In this document: positions 1 through 10,353 of the stretch, piece by piece
Position numbering within the stretch: position 1 is the first letter of the stretch
Layout: the number at the start of each line of letters is the position of its first letter
Virus record (IMG/VR): IMGVR_UViG_3300047380_001405
Location: 1 to 58,484 of that record
Origin: a virus
Lineage: Duplodnaviria; Caudoviricetes
DNA length: 58,484 nt
Direction: 5' to 3' (one strand)
Position numbers and translations under genes: made by a program
Notes under the pieces: model-generated
The model's input: only the letters and a program-made list of their open reading frames with translations
What the model was told of the DNA's origin: nothing
Database searches by the model: none

Positions 1-837
1 CTCTTCTTTATCATCGCTAACTAGACCTAATCTATTAGCTAAATCTATATACTGAGTATCTGTATATCCTTCAAATGCGGCATCTAGAAGTCTACCTGTT
101 CTTTCTTTATTAGAACCAGACATTTTGCCAGTAGCATAATCCGTATATCTATATTTTCCAGAAACAGAATCGTACTTTATGAATCCAGATTCTGTAACCA
201 ACTTGTTTACAATAGTGTCTGGTTCTAACCCATTTTCAGCTGTGCTTAAATCTTTTAATGTTGAAGAAAACATGTTTATGCGCTGTCCTCTTGTGTTAAT
301 AGTTGACAATTCAGTTCTGCCATCAGTATTATTTTTAAAAGCAGCATGTTTCATAAGGTCTCCTATAACCTCAGCCTTAAGATCATTAATATAGCTGTCG
401 TTTCCACTAGCGACAAGATCATTTTTTTCTTTAATAAAAGTGTTTGCTTGTGAATATAAAGATTGTATTTCCTTTACAGAAGCTTTCCTTTTTGTATTGT
501 TTCTAGTGTAATCTGTTTGACTTAAAGCTCCAACAGAATATAGATATGTATCTCTTTCATATCCATTTTTAATCTGTTGCTGTAATTTAGCGGCAGCTTG
601 ATCAGCTTGCTCCATCCCGACATCATCTATTTTATCTTCATAAATCCATTCAGCATTTTCTTTTCTTTGCTCTTCAATAATTTTATTAATGTTCTTTTGC
701 TTATCAGCTTCTGCTTTTTTTTCAGCCGCTAATTTTGACGCATTAAGCTGAGTATAAAACATTAACTCTTTATCCATGCTAGGGATGTTGATTGCCCCTA
801 TTTCTTTTCCTATTTGAAAACCTCCTTCGTATGCCAT
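1..837 (-). CDS. Putative internal virion/ejection protein, 3'-truncated by the window edge
   Basis: Hand translation from ATG at 837 (MAYEGGFQIGKEIGAINIP...) stays open for 279 codons to position 1; helical and charged; follows the tail genes. Confidence 0.6.
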   Translation of the reverse strand, partial: MAYEGGFQIGKEIGAINIPSMDKELMFYTQLNASKLAAEKKAEADKQKNINKIIEEQRKENAEWIYEDKIDDVGMEQADQAAAKLQQQIKNGYERDTYLYSVGALSQTDYTRNNTKRKASVKEIQSLYSQANTFIKEKNDLVASGNDSYINDLKAEVIGDLMKHAAFKNNTDGRTELSTINTRGQRINMFSSTLKDLSTAENGLEPDTIVNKLVTESGFIKYDSVSGKYRYTDYATGKMSGSNKERTGRLLDAAFEGYTDTQYIDLANRLGLVSDDKEE

Positions 838-847
838 TTTTTAAATT

Positions 848-1582
848 TTAGTAGTTCCCGAAGAATAAACCATCTTGTTCACTCGTTTGATTACTTGGTT
901 GACTTTGTTGAACCATCTGATTCCCTGCTTGAACATACTGATCAAATGGGTTTGAAGGTGGTGGAGCTACAGCAGGACCATAAAATCTAGCGCCTGTTCC
1001 TCCTCCGAAAAAATTTGTTGAGCCCATAGGGGGAGGGGGCATCATAGGTCGTGTGGCATTTTTTTTGAAATCAATTCCTCCACCTTGATAATTCATTCCG
1101 AAAAAGGCGCCAGCAGAGGCAAGATCACCTACAGCTGACATTGTAGCTTGTCTCCCAGCAGCTTTTTGACCTAAAAGAACTTGTTGATCAAAAGAATCTC
1201 TTTGTTCTTGCATACCCCTAATATTCGCTTCATCTTGAGCCCTCATTCTGTCAATCGTTACTTGCTGTCTATCAAGTTCGGCAGAAATAGCTGCTTGTTG
1301 ATTTTGCATAAGTTGTTCTTGAGCTCCTAGTCCACCGACAACTCCACGAACACCTCCAGAACGAAGAGCGTCTACAGATGTAGCAAATCGTCTTTGAGCC
1401 TCACGTGTATTTAACTGAGCGCCCAAAGTAGAAACTCTCATTCCTTCTGTTACATTTCTTAATTCTTGTCTTTTGAATTTGTCTAAAGCCTTGTTTGCTT
1501 TTGCCGTTTGGGTAATACCCATTATTCCTTTTGTTATCGCTGCCGCTCCAGCTAAAGACGCTGCTAATATAACTCCTGCCAT
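848..1582 (-). CDS. Putative ejection (internal core) protein
   Basis: Gly/Ala-rich N-terminus and Gln-rich coiled coil, typical of podoviral pilot proteins; position downstream of the tail genes. Confidence 0.55.
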   Translation of the reverse strand: MAGVILAASLAGAAAITKGIMGITQTAKANKALDKFKRQELRNVTEGMRVSTLGAQLNTREAQRRFATSVDALRSGGVRGVVGGLGAQEQLMQNQQAAISAELDRQQVTIDRMRAQDEANIRGMQEQRDSFDQQVLLGQKAAGRQATMSAVGDLASAGAFFGMNYQGGGIDFKKNATRPMMPPPPMGSTNFFGGGTGARFYGPAVAPPPSNPFDQYVQAGNQMVQQSQPSNQTSEQDGLFFGNY

Positions 1583-1586
1583 AGGT

Positions 1587-2075
1587 TTATTTTTTTATAT
1601 CCATTATGTAATTAAAATCTTCTAATTCATCTAAATCACTAAATCCTAGTGGATTTTGAAATACATTTTGAAACACAGAGTAATCATTTGCATAAATAGC
1701 TCTTTGTGTTCCAGCTTTAGAAAATCCTATATACGGTGCTTGATAGTTTTTAATTCCATTCTCTGAAGACACTGTTATGTTTCCTATTAATAAAAACCAA
1801 ACATGATCTCTTCTGTGTATGCCACTTACAATTGTGGTGTTTTTCTTTAATATCAATCTTCTTAAATAAAGACCATCTGTAAAATCATGCTCTATTTTAA
1901 ATAAATCTTTACCTTCTCTTATTATTTTTCCTTTATTGTGTATTAAATTATCGCTGCTCTCTTTAGAATATGCGGTTTTTAATACATCTGATATCTTTTT
2001 ATTAAATGATTTTTTTGGTAAAAATCTTTCTTTTACTGTTAATATAAATCTTTTTATTTTTTTTACTAAAATCAT
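1587..2075 (-). CDS. Cupin-like protein
   Basis: HDFTDGLYLRR...SGIHRRDHVWFLL.G pattern resembles a cupin beta-barrel; has its own TATATTTG promoter at 2081-2088. Confidence 0.5.
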   Translation of the reverse strand: MILVKKIKRFILTVKERFLPKKSFNKKISDVLKTAYSKESSDNLIHNKGKIIREGKDLFKIEHDFTDGLYLRRLILKKNTTIVSGIHRRDHVWFLLIGNITVSSENGIKNYQAPYIGFSKAGTQRAIYANDYSVFQNVFQNPLGFSDLDELEDFNYIMDIKK

Positions 2076-2094
2076 TTATGCAAATATACGAATA

Positions 2095-2871
2095 TTAAGA
2101 GAAGCTTTTACTTACCTCACTATTTACAGCATAAAGCTCAACAGCATTTGTGCTGCTACTCACAAGCCTTATGCTGGCGTAATATCCTTTGAGCCCATAT
2201 GACTCAGCAATTGGGCTTTTTGCTGCGAATATGAAATCACCTGCGCTTGGCGTTATATCCGCTGTTCCTACTGTAACTACAGTTCCATCGTTGTTTGTTA
2301 TTGCGCCTATTCTGTTGTAAGCACCACCCACTGCTCTATATATCACATCTCCTATTGCTACTGCTCCTGGAACCGTTGTAAAGGTGTATGTTAATCCCGA
2401 TAAACTTGTTATATTTCCTATCCCTTGTACCGATAGTAATTCTGTGTTCACTATATCGGAAGCATTTCTTCTAATGTGTGCTGAATATATCCCTTCATCA
2501 TAGGTGTTTGGTACGACTGATGAGCCAGCAATATGATCCTCTGTTTTTGCAAAAGACGTGTTATCAATATGACCTTGATCTAAATTAGTGGCTATTGTAA
2601 CATCCCACCCAGAACTATTGCCTTCAATCTCTATTGTTTTAAATATCTTAACATCAGAAGGAGCTGCATTTGACATCACTTCTACCTCTGTATTGTAAGC
2701 TGTACCGTAAAAAGTGTTACGATTACCAGTACTTTTGTTGTGTTTATATAGCTGACCGTTCTTAAATGTATAGAATTCGTTATTTAAGTTTATCATGTAG
2801 TCAGGTATGTAAGAATGGAACGAAGTCCACCCTCTCACTTTTTCATCGTATGTTAATGTATTACTTGGCAT
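2095..2871 (-). CDS. Tail stabilization (muzzle) protein, C-terminal module
   Basis: TLTYDEKVRGWTSFHSY.PD...TFKNGQLYKHN and K.FKTIEIEG motifs resemble the C-terminal part of P22 gp10-like/crAss-like muzzle proteins. Confidence 0.6.
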   Translation of the reverse strand: MPSNTLTYDEKVRGWTSFHSYIPDYMINLNNEFYTFKNGQLYKHNKSTGNRNTFYGTAYNTEVEVMSNAAPSDVKIFKTIEIEGNSSGWDVTIATNLDQGHIDNTSFAKTEDHIAGSSVVPNTYDEGIYSAHIRRNASDIVNTELLSVQGIGNITSLSGLTYTFTTVPGAVAIGDVIYRAVGGAYNRIGAITNNDGTVVTVGTADITPSAGDFIFAAKSPIAESYGLKGYYASIRLVSSSTNAVELYAVNSEVSKSFS

Positions 2872-2896
2872 CTTTTGTTTTTTATACGGTATTTAT

Positions 2897-3676
2897 TTAT
2901 GGGTTAACTGAACAGACTGTACAAGAGTTAAATGATTGTCCATTCCAATATCTAACATTATTGCCCACATCTTTATAATACCCATTAGGTGCGTAATTAG
3001 TTGATCCACAATTTGCGCTGCTTGTATATATTTTTGTCGCTGAACAAAAAGTAGAATTATCTGTGAAGTACTCCGATTGATTAGAAAATGGGCAAGTAGT
3101 AGAGGCATCATAATATAACATATGAGCATAACAATTACTAGGAGCTGCTGTTGTTGTTGTAGTTGTAGTTGTAGTTGTGCATACAAATGGAGTGCTAATA
3201 ACCCCAGAGTTACTTAATAAAAATGATTTTCCTGTGTTCGGGGTTTGCTCAGTTCTAAAATACGTGTTACCTCCTTGATAAGGGGCATTATTTCCTGAAT
3301 CTTCGTACACCACTAAATTGTTGTTTATAGCATCATCCCAACCAGTTACATTTTGGTTAAAATAAACAGTAGTTGCATTTGCTGCGCTACTACAAGCTAA
3401 TGATGATGTTGCCCATCCAGTTGGTGGGTTATTGCCTCCTCCAGTTGTGCTTCTCCATATCGTCAAAGAGCTTGTAGGCGCTGCCGTAGTTGTAGTGGTG
3501 GTTGTACTGGTTGTGGTAGTGGTTGTATAAGCCTCTATAGGACATGCTGATGTGTCCTCAAAAGGTGGAATATAATCTGGATCGCTTGATGAGTTAGCTT
3601 TTGTGTCATCCGTAGGCTGTCCATCAATATACTTTCTCAAGGTCAAAACAGTCTTTGTTCCAGTGTAGTACGGCAT
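2897..3676 (-). CDS. Mucin-like virion-associated protein with poly-Thr linkers
   Basis: Two TTTTT(T/S)TTTAAP tracts and a Cys-containing C-terminal module paralogous to the end of 4632-7943. Confidence 0.6.
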   Translation of the reverse strand: MPYYTGTKTVLTLRKYIDGQPTDDTKANSSSDPDYIPPFEDTSACPIEAYTTTTTTSTTTTTTTAAPTSSLTIWRSTTGGGNNPPTGWATSSLACSSAANATTVYFNQNVTGWDDAINNNLVVYEDSGNNAPYQGGNTYFRTEQTPNTGKSFLLSNSGVISTPFVCTTTTTTTTTTAAPSNCYAHMLYYDASTTCPFSNQSEYFTDNSTFCSATKIYTSSANCGSTNYAPNGYYKDVGNNVRYWNGQSFNSCTVCSVNP

Positions 3677-3705
3677 TATAAAATCTTTTTACAAAGATAC
3701 TTAAT

Positions 3706-4611
3706 TTAAAGCAAAGCTTGCTGAAGCACCTTGTAGTACATGTAGGAGCATTTTTCTTTTGATACATTTAAATCCATTGCAGGGAGTTCCTTGATATAAA
3801 GACCTTTGAAAAACATGTCTTGCATTTGATCGGTTACACCAGCGTTATGAAATATGCTGTTTTTATTCCAAAAACCAACGGGGTCTGTAGCCCAACTAAA
3901 ATTTAAATTTTCTGATACAGCAGTCATTTGACCTTTTTTCCAAGCCACCCAAAGTAAAGCCCACATTTCGCAGGTCCATATTTGAAGGGGAAAGTAATCT
4001 GGATCACGTTGTTTTTTTTCATCACTGATCACTTGCATCTTTATAAATAAATCGTGTGATAAATCTACAACCTCTTCCCAATAAGATGTCTTTACGTTTT
4101 TAAATAAATATTGAGCTCCACCTGAGGCTCCTTGCATTGATTTAACTAAATCTTTTGATATACCTGCTATATTTAGCATTGGATTTAATATATCATCTCC
4201 TTTAGATTTTAAATAATCATACCCTATGTAGCTTATAGTATCGCTTAAATACCAAATATTATCATCAAGCAATCCGCTAAAATCAATTGGTTTTGTAAGA
4301 CATATGTCCGAGTCAGTCAAGAAAATAGTTTCATTTTCAAACTCTGGAAATGCTTGGTAGTGCTTATGAAGCAAGTGTTGTTTTATTGAGGGTATATAGC
4401 CCCTGTAATCTCTAGTATCTTCATAGAAAGAAAAAGAAACGCCAGGATATTTTTTCATGAGCCTATCGAAGTAAGGGTCTATCTCACCCTCTATATTGCA
4501 TACCACATTAACATCTTCTAGTTTAACTCCTACAGTTAAAAAACTGTGAAGCATCACATCAAGCTGCCATCCATAATATTGAGTGGCTGGTTGAGCACAT
4601 ATGTATTTCAT
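3706..4611 (-). CDS. GT-A fold glycosyltransferase (similar to peptidyl Ser/Hyp O-glycosyltransferases)
   Basis: DxD motif (FLTDSDI), N-terminal YYGWQ, GGAQY, WTCEMWA, IFHNAG. Confidence 0.6.
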   Translation of the reverse strand: MKYICAQPATQYYGWQLDVMLHSFLTVGVKLEDVNVVCNIEGEIDPYFDRLMKKYPGVSFSFYEDTRDYRGYIPSIKQHLLHKHYQAFPEFENETIFLTDSDICLTKPIDFSGLLDDNIWYLSDTISYIGYDYLKSKGDDILNPMLNIAGISKDLVKSMQGASGGAQYLFKNVKTSYWEEVVDLSHDLFIKMQVISDEKKQRDPDYFPLQIWTCEMWALLWVAWKKGQMTAVSENLNFSWATDPVGFWNKNSIFHNAGVTDQMQDMFFKGLYIKELPAMDLNVSKEKCSYMYYKVLQQALL

Positions 4612-4631
4612 TTAATTTCATTTTAAATTAT

Positions 4632-7600
4632 TTAAGGGTTGCATGTCTGACAAGGACCTTGAGAGAAGCTAGATCCGCTCCAGTATCTTGATTTAGTGCC
4701 GCTAGAGTATGTGTAGTATCCGCTTGGAGCATTTGTCGTACAGAACGTATCTGTTGATATTGAGGTTGCTAAACATAAATCAGGATCATCTAGATAATAA
4801 ACCCCACTTGTGTCTTGTTGGCATATTGTGGAAGATGAATATCCCAATGAAACTCCGTGACAATTACTAGGCGCAGCTGTTGTGGTGGTTGTCGTTGTGG
4901 TGGTTGTACTAGTAGTCGTGCTAGTGGTCGTGCTAGTTGTACTTGTAGTTGTTGTTAAACTCCAATTTACGGTGTGTGAGTCCGTGTAAGTGCCGTCTAT
5001 TGTAACCCCATAAGTTTTACTTCCGCTTGTTGACTCTGAAATATTTATAACTTTTGATGTAAGACCTGCCGCTGCATTTCCTGTCCAAGCCCAAGTAGAT
5101 CCTGTAAAGTTTAAATCCTCCCCAGTTAAGCTTATTGTCGCTCCAACTGCTGCTGAGGTTGCACCATCTATTCTGGCAAACGGTGTCGCTAGAGTTGTTG
5201 TTGTAGTCGTTCCTGGCGCAGCTGTTGTAGTGGTAGTAGTAGGCGCTGCCGTAGTTGTGGTGGTTGTCGTTGTAGTAGTGCTAGTTGTTGTAGTAGTTCC
5301 GCTTTCACACTCAAATGTATCAACCCTCCATTCTACTGGTTTATCTTGAACAGAAACAACATATTGGTCGTGTATAGGATCATAACCGCCTATTCCTCTT
5401 ACGTTTAAGTTTGTGTTTAAATTATCATTAAACCAACTTCTCATTCCGTAGTCTGATATCTCTGTAATTCCGTCTTGAGCTAATCTTAATATAGCAGACC
5501 TTCTTTCATCTGAAAAATACATTCTGCTTCCCCAAGACTGAAATGATTCGGGCGAATTACTTATTCCATACTCGCCAATGTAAGGCACTTCTTGTCCTAG
5601 TATATTTAAAGATTGAGACACATCACCTGTACCTGATGCTGTAAACAAAACATTTTTATTGAATAATATTCGGTGTATTTTATTCTCTTGAAAAACAATT
5701 AAGTCGTTGTCTCTAGAGTGAATTTTTTTAATTTCACCGTACTTTTCATCTATGTCTTTATAGTTTATTTGAGCAAGATTAAAAACATTCAGCCCGTTAT
5801 AGCTGGTGCTTTCTTCATATACATCACTGTATGTTAATGAAGCTATTCTTTTGTTGCTTTTATAAAGATCAATAACTTCATTCAGCCTAACGCCTAAATT
5901 AAATGTATTTAGAGTGATGTTATCTTTTATTCTGTTTGATTCTACTCCACCTCCAAAAGCAAATGCATTAAACGCTTGTGACTCTACTATAGCTGGTATG
6001 CTTATATCTTGATTTTGAAGTGTGCCGTTGTGAAATCCATTGACTACATTGTAAGTTCCAGGAACTTCGTAAAAACTTGAGTCTTGTTCTGTTTCTGATA
6101 TAACCTCAAAAACAGTGTATCCAGTTTGACCATAAGCAAAATAAGTTAAAGCTTGAAGAAATCCTTTTCCTTTTAATTTCATATACACGCCTGCAACTGA
6201 ATCTCCTGGTTGAGAAGGTGGACTTAATGATAAATTAATATAAGGAATCTCTCCCACTGCATACGATGCAACGCTTTCGACTTCATAGGTTTCTGAGTTG
6301 TTAATTGTAGTTAAACTACCAGCAGCGTAAGTTGATTTTACGATAATGTTGGCGCCATCGGGGACTTTACTTGTTTCGTTTTGATTTATTCTAACATAAG
6401 TAGAACCACCTGCACTATACTTTTCTAATGTTGTTTTTAAAACAACATAAGTTCTTTTAACTTCTTTTACGACTATCTTGTATCTATCAGCCCATATTGG
6501 AGCTGGGTTGTTTATTGTGACTTTTAAAGAATTTGTCTGATCGCTTGATTCAAAAGGCACATTAACAAATTTGTTTTCATCGGCAATAACAGAAGACTTT
6601 CTTCCGTTAGAATCAAAATAAACAAGCCCAACTATATAATTTCTATTGCTTTTAAGAGTTTTTTTAGGAGAAAAATCTCCACCACATGTGTTGCCTGAGC
6701 TTATTGTTAAACCTGTTTGACTTTGCACTGATGCAGCGCAAATTCTGTTTTCTCCTGGCTTTGCTATTGCTTGCCTAGAATTACTTTCACTACAAAGCAA
6801 ATAGCTAAATGTTATGTTTGAAGATGTTGTATTAGTTACGGTATACAATAAATTAGAACTACACTCTGACGTTAAATCCGAAGACTGTATGTTAAGTGTT
6901 ATATCTAAAGGATCTACAATATCATAATTTTCTTCGTAGTTTGCGTAAACAATCCTATTTCCTAAAAAATCTTGAGCCGCTGCTTTTAATGGAACATTAT
7001 CATATACTCTATTATACTGAGTATCGCTAAGTAAAGTGTATATTTTATTATTGTTGAATGATAATTGATAGTTTGTGTTATCAGAAAGAGTGTCATTTGC
7101 TTTATTGAATTTTCCTATTAGAAAATTGTTAGCCGTGTTTTCTTCTTTTGCGTAGACTTCTATTTCTAATGCTTGACTTGGTCCAGAGTTATAAGTTACT
7201 TGAACGCTATTAAATCTATTTGTCATTGCGTAAGCGCCATAAGGCTCCGCTTTGAAGGTGTCGTCATTAGGAAAAAAAGCTACTTCAGAAAAAGGAGACA
7301 GCGCACTAAACTTATTGTGCTTGTATTTATATCTGTAGGCAAACGTAAAAAACTTGTCTTCTATATAGTTGTCATCTAAAGTTCCGTCTATTTGGAGTAC
7401 AATTGAAGGCTCTGCTCTTGGGGGTGCTTTAATTACAGCAATATCTTCTTCTGAGAAGCTGTTTGCTCCGTAAGCCTTTGCTTCAGCAACCTCTAAATAT
7501 CTTGGTGGGTTTTCATTATCTGTCCAATAAATAAAAACTTTATTTTCGTTGTCATTAATTAAGACGTTAACGCCAGTAATTATTTTATTCTTCTTAAAAT

Positions 7601-7943
7601 TAAGAACATTACTTCCAGCAGCTCTTGTGTCTTGTAAAACAAATGCAGAGGTATTAGAAAACTCGTAGTATTCTGCTATGTATGATCCAGTATCTGACTT
7701 GACAAACCAATATATCTTTCTGTTCTTATCGTCAGCAACTGCGCCAATACAAACGGGGTTTGTTCCAAAGTCTAAAGAGGTGAGAACTTCGTTTGAAAGC
7801 GAATTCTCTATCGCCCCTACATCAGAGCCAACAGAATTAGCAACCTTTACATTAAGAGCATCTCTATACTCTCCTTGAGGAAGAAGCCTCTCATCGAGGT
7901 CTTTGTTCATCTTTCCAGATGTAAATAGGTTTTGTATCTTCAT
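4632..7943 (-). CDS. Tail stabilization (muzzle) protein with mucin-like C-terminal extension
   Basis: N-terminal GKMNKDLDERLLPQGEYRDALN and GEYGIS..PESF...YFSD..R motifs typical of P22 gp10-like proteins in Bacteroidota phages; poly-Thr tail. Confidence 0.75.
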   Translation of the reverse strand: MKIQNLFTSGKMNKDLDERLLPQGEYRDALNVKVANSVGSDVGAIENSLSNEVLTSLDFGTNPVCIGAVADDKNRKIYWFVKSDTGSYIAEYYEFSNTSAFVLQDTRAAGSNVLNFKKNKIITGVNVLINDNENKVFIYWTDNENPPRYLEVAEAKAYGANSFSEEDIAVIKAPPRAEPSIVLQIDGTLDDNYIEDKFFTFAYRYKYKHNKFSALSPFSEVAFFPNDDTFKAEPYGAYAMTNRFNSVQVTYNSGPSQALEIEVYAKEENTANNFLIGKFNKANDTLSDNTNYQLSFNNNKIYTLLSDTQYNRVYDNVPLKAAAQDFLGNRIVYANYEENYDIVDPLDITLNIQSSDLTSECSSNLLYTVTNTTSSNITFSYLLCSESNSRQAIAKPGENRICAASVQSQTGLTISSGNTCGGDFSPKKTLKSNRNYIVGLVYFDSNGRKSSVIADENKFVNVPFESSDQTNSLKVTINNPAPIWADRYKIVVKEVKRTYVVLKTTLEKYSAGGSTYVRINQNETSKVPDGANIIVKSTYAAGSLTTINNSETYEVESVASYAVGEIPYINLSLSPPSQPGDSVAGVYMKLKGKGFLQALTYFAYGQTGYTVFEVISETEQDSSFYEVPGTYNVVNGFHNGTLQNQDISIPAIVESQAFNAFAFGGGVESNRIKDNITLNTFNLGVRLNEVIDLYKSNKRIASLTYSDVYEESTSYNGLNVFNLAQINYKDIDEKYGEIKKIHSRDNDLIVFQENKIHRILFNKNVLFTASGTGDVSQSLNILGQEVPYIGEYGISNSPESFQSWGSRMYFSDERRSAILRLAQDGITEISDYGMRSWFNDNLNTNLNVRGIGGYDPIHDQYVVSVQDKPVEWRVDTFECESGTTTTTSTTTTTTTTTTAAPTTTTTTAAPGTTTTTTLATPFARIDGATSAAVGATISLTGEDLNFTGSTWAWTGNAAAGLTSKVINISESTSGSKTYGVTIDGTYTDSHTVNWSLTTTTSTTSTTTSTTTSTTTTTTTTTTAAPSNCHGVSLGYSSSTICQQDTSGVYYLDDPDLCLATSISTDTFCTTNAPSGYYTYSSGTKSRYWSGSSFSQGPCQTCNP

Positions 7944-8800
7944 TATTTAATCCACTTGTTGCGTCCCTTGAAGGCTTGAGCTAAGTCAAATGGATGTATA
8001 TCCATCATTCTTATTTTCATGTTTTTCATAGCCGCAAACTGTTCATTTTTCATTCGTCTAACTATGTACTCTTGGACGCCAAACTTATATTGAATTACTT
8101 GGTACGCAATGTATTTTAATAAAAAGTCTTCAGCAAGTTTATTTACTTGCAATTCTGCTTCTGTTAGATAAGACAAACCATCAGTAATATATTCGATTAC
8201 TATTGCCTTGTTTTTTACCTCAGAACTAAACCTCAAATAGCCAGCATTCTTGTCTATACTGTACATTCCATTTACGTTTGTTCTGTCTGTAAACATTCCA
8301 AATCTTCCCCCAAAAAACTCATAGTCTAGATTTGAGAATGTATCGTTATCAACGGTAGCATTACTAGCTTGCTTCATGTCTATGACAGAAGTACCTTCAG
8401 CCGCAGCATCATTGCTATCAAATATTATATCATAATCATCATCTTGTAAATAAGCTTTTGCTATTGTTGTATCCACGTCCATCATCATAGGATGAAGCCT
8501 TCCTAGCTCATCAACCCAAGACAGTCTTACAAGCTTCACAAAGTCTTTTGGCAGTTCTAATTGCAAATCATCGGGTAATTCTAATTCAAGAGCTCTAACG
8601 TCTTTTAATGCGTCGTAATGCAGCTCTTGCAATCCTCTTTTTGCGTGATACACAACATCAAATCTTTCGATATGATCAATTATTTTACCATCACCTACAT
8701 AGAATGCCATAAAGTTATTTATAACATTCTTTAAAAGCACAAACTGATTATCACCCCAATTGGTGCTGTTTTCGTAATATTGCTTGTCTGTAAGTGCCAT
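7943..8800 (-). CDS. Tail ring/head-tail adaptor protein
   Basis: Lies between the capsid and muzzle genes; HAKRGLQEL.YD and LP.DFV motifs. Confidence 0.55.
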   Translation of the reverse strand: MALTDKQYYENSTNWGDNQFVLLKNVINNFMAFYVGDGKIIDHIERFDVVYHAKRGLQELHYDALKDVRALELELPDDLQLELPKDFVKLVRLSWVDELGRLHPMMMDVDTTIAKAYLQDDDYDIIFDSNDAAAEGTSVIDMKQASNATVDNDTFSNLDYEFFGGRFGMFTDRTNVNGMYSIDKNAGYLRFSSEVKNKAIVIEYITDGLSYLTEAELQVNKLAEDFLLKYIAYQVIQYKFGVQEYIVRRMKNEQFAAMKNMKIRMMDIHPFDLAQAFKGRNKWIK

Positions 8801-8803
8801 TTA

Positions 8804-9493
8804 TTATACGTTTTCTTTCTGTGTTTCTACGGCATCGATTTGAGCAGCCGCTTGCGCAACCTCTGCCTCTCTGATAGTAACACCTGATAATTTTAATATT
8901 TCTACAATTAAACTTGCTTCGTCGTCTGGGTTTAATTCAAAGTCTTGATAATCTCCTGCGCTAGGATTAAATATAGGGTTTTCTCCAACAACAGTATAAG
9001 TCCACTTTGGGTCAACCACATTTCTTATGTAATTTACATTAACCTCTCCAGTTAATGTACTTGGTTTTACATACCACTTATCGTTTTCATCACAGTATCC
9101 AGGATAAAGTTCTGAAGGTCCAGAAATGTTTGATGACTCCAAGTATGTTTCTTTATATTTTGGAACATACTCCATTAATTTTCCGCTATACACTAAGGTT
9201 ATAGGAGTGTATAAGTCAGATGGCTTGATTAGGTATGTGCTTGAAATTGATACTGAGCTAGTCTTCATAAACTTATCTATATTAGACCGAAGTATCGATA
9301 GCTTATCTCCTTGATCTTTTGATAGTCTCCTAGCATTTTTCATTGTGGATAGGCGAGAGTACTCTGAAAAGTACTGATCAAACAATAGCTGTTGAGCATA
9401 CTTAGCATATGAGTTAAATTGAGAAACAGTTAACGTTCCTCTATTCTCCTTATTTAAAACACTTAAAACAGTATTCCTTACGTGATTTATCAT
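8804..9493 (-). CDS. Tail ring/tubular protein
   Basis: Start reassigned to ATG 9493 (MINHVRNTV), which follows a TATTTTTG promoter; structural gene block. Confidence 0.55.
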   Translation of the reverse strand: MINHVRNTVLSVLNKENRGTLTVSQFNSYAKYAQQLLFDQYFSEYSRLSTMKNARRLSKDQGDKLSILRSNIDKFMKTSSVSISSTYLIKPSDLYTPITLVYSGKLMEYVPKYKETYLESSNISGPSELYPGYCDENDKWYVKPSTLTGEVNVNYIRNVVDPKWTYTVVGENPIFNPSAGDYQDFELNPDDEASLIVEILKLSGVTIREAEVAQAAAQIDAVETQKENV

Positions 9494-9506
9494 GATACAA
9501 AAATAC

Positions 9507-9538
9507 AAAAAAAAGAGGAGCCGTTAAGACGACCCCTC
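9507..9538 (-). terminator. Rho-independent terminator
   Basis: GAGGGGUCGU-CUUA-ACGGCUCCUC followed by U8 on the minus strand. Confidence 0.8.
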
Positions 9539-9566
9539 CTTGAGCTGTAGTGGTAGGTGGGAAGAA

Positions 9567-10331
9567 CTACAGCTTATTTGTAATCCCTTGTAAAACATCA
9601 AGTCCATCGTCCGTTTTGAAGAAGGAAGCTAAAGCTGAATAAACATTTTCACCGTAAGGAGCTGTTATTATTTTGTCCTTTGTGTTGTTGTTCCAGCATA
9701 CAGTTCTATTGTCGTCTTTGATAAATATAATGCCCATTTCAACTGCACGAACCGCAACATTTCTAAGCTTTACATTTTCATCTTCTGACAATTCTACAAC
9801 CTCTCTTGGATTTCTAGACGCATACAAAAGCATATCTCTCTTGATTTCCTTCGAAGTCATTTCAGAAACATTTCCTTGATCACGAAGACAGATTCTAGCT
9901 ATTGCCTCTAAGTCCTCTATGTCCATTTCTAGGACAAGGTTTTGTGCCTCTAAAGTTTCTTTTAAAGTATCAATGTCTTTTTCTGCTTCTCTACTTGGAT
10001 CAAACTCTATATACTCACCATCTTTGTCTGGGTGGTATAGAGATAAGAATTTTTGCAATATCACCTGTTCTTTTGGCACAACAAGCTTTCCATCTCTAAA
10101 AATAATAGCAGGAAGAGTTACGTCTCCATGTTGCTCGTCTTCAAAAACAGAAGTTTGATTAGAAGCATATCTAAGCGATCTAGATATATTTCCGTCAAAA
10201 TATTGTAAAGGCTTGTTTAAGTGATGTCTTGATCTAAGAATATAGTTTACTGGCGTTTTGCCTTCTGTTAAAACATATACTCTATCTTTTATTTCCCATT
10301 TTGGCTGGGACACCATAGCATCTTTAGTCAT
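9567..10331 (-). CDS. Hypothetical structural protein downstream of the major capsid gene
   Basis: 254-aa ORF in the virion block. Confidence 0.55.
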   Translation of the reverse strand: MTKDAMVSQPKWEIKDRVYVLTEGKTPVNYILRSRHHLNKPLQYFDGNISRSLRYASNQTSVFEDEQHGDVTLPAIIFRDGKLVVPKEQVILQKFLSLYHPDKDGEYIEFDPSREAEKDIDTLKETLEAQNLVLEMDIEDLEAIARICLRDQGNVSEMTSKEIKRDMLLYASRNPREVVELSEDENVKLRNVAVRAVEMGIIFIKDDNRTVCWNNNTKDKIITAPYGENVYSALASFFKTDDGLDVLQGITNKL

Positions 10332-10353
10332 TTTATTAAGATTTAATTAGATT

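Noticed and set aside
2893-3186. Poly-Gln, poly-Val and His/Asn-rich ORFs (also 28451, 28897, 28921)
   Set aside because: They are alternative-frame shadows of the poly-Thr codon tracts.
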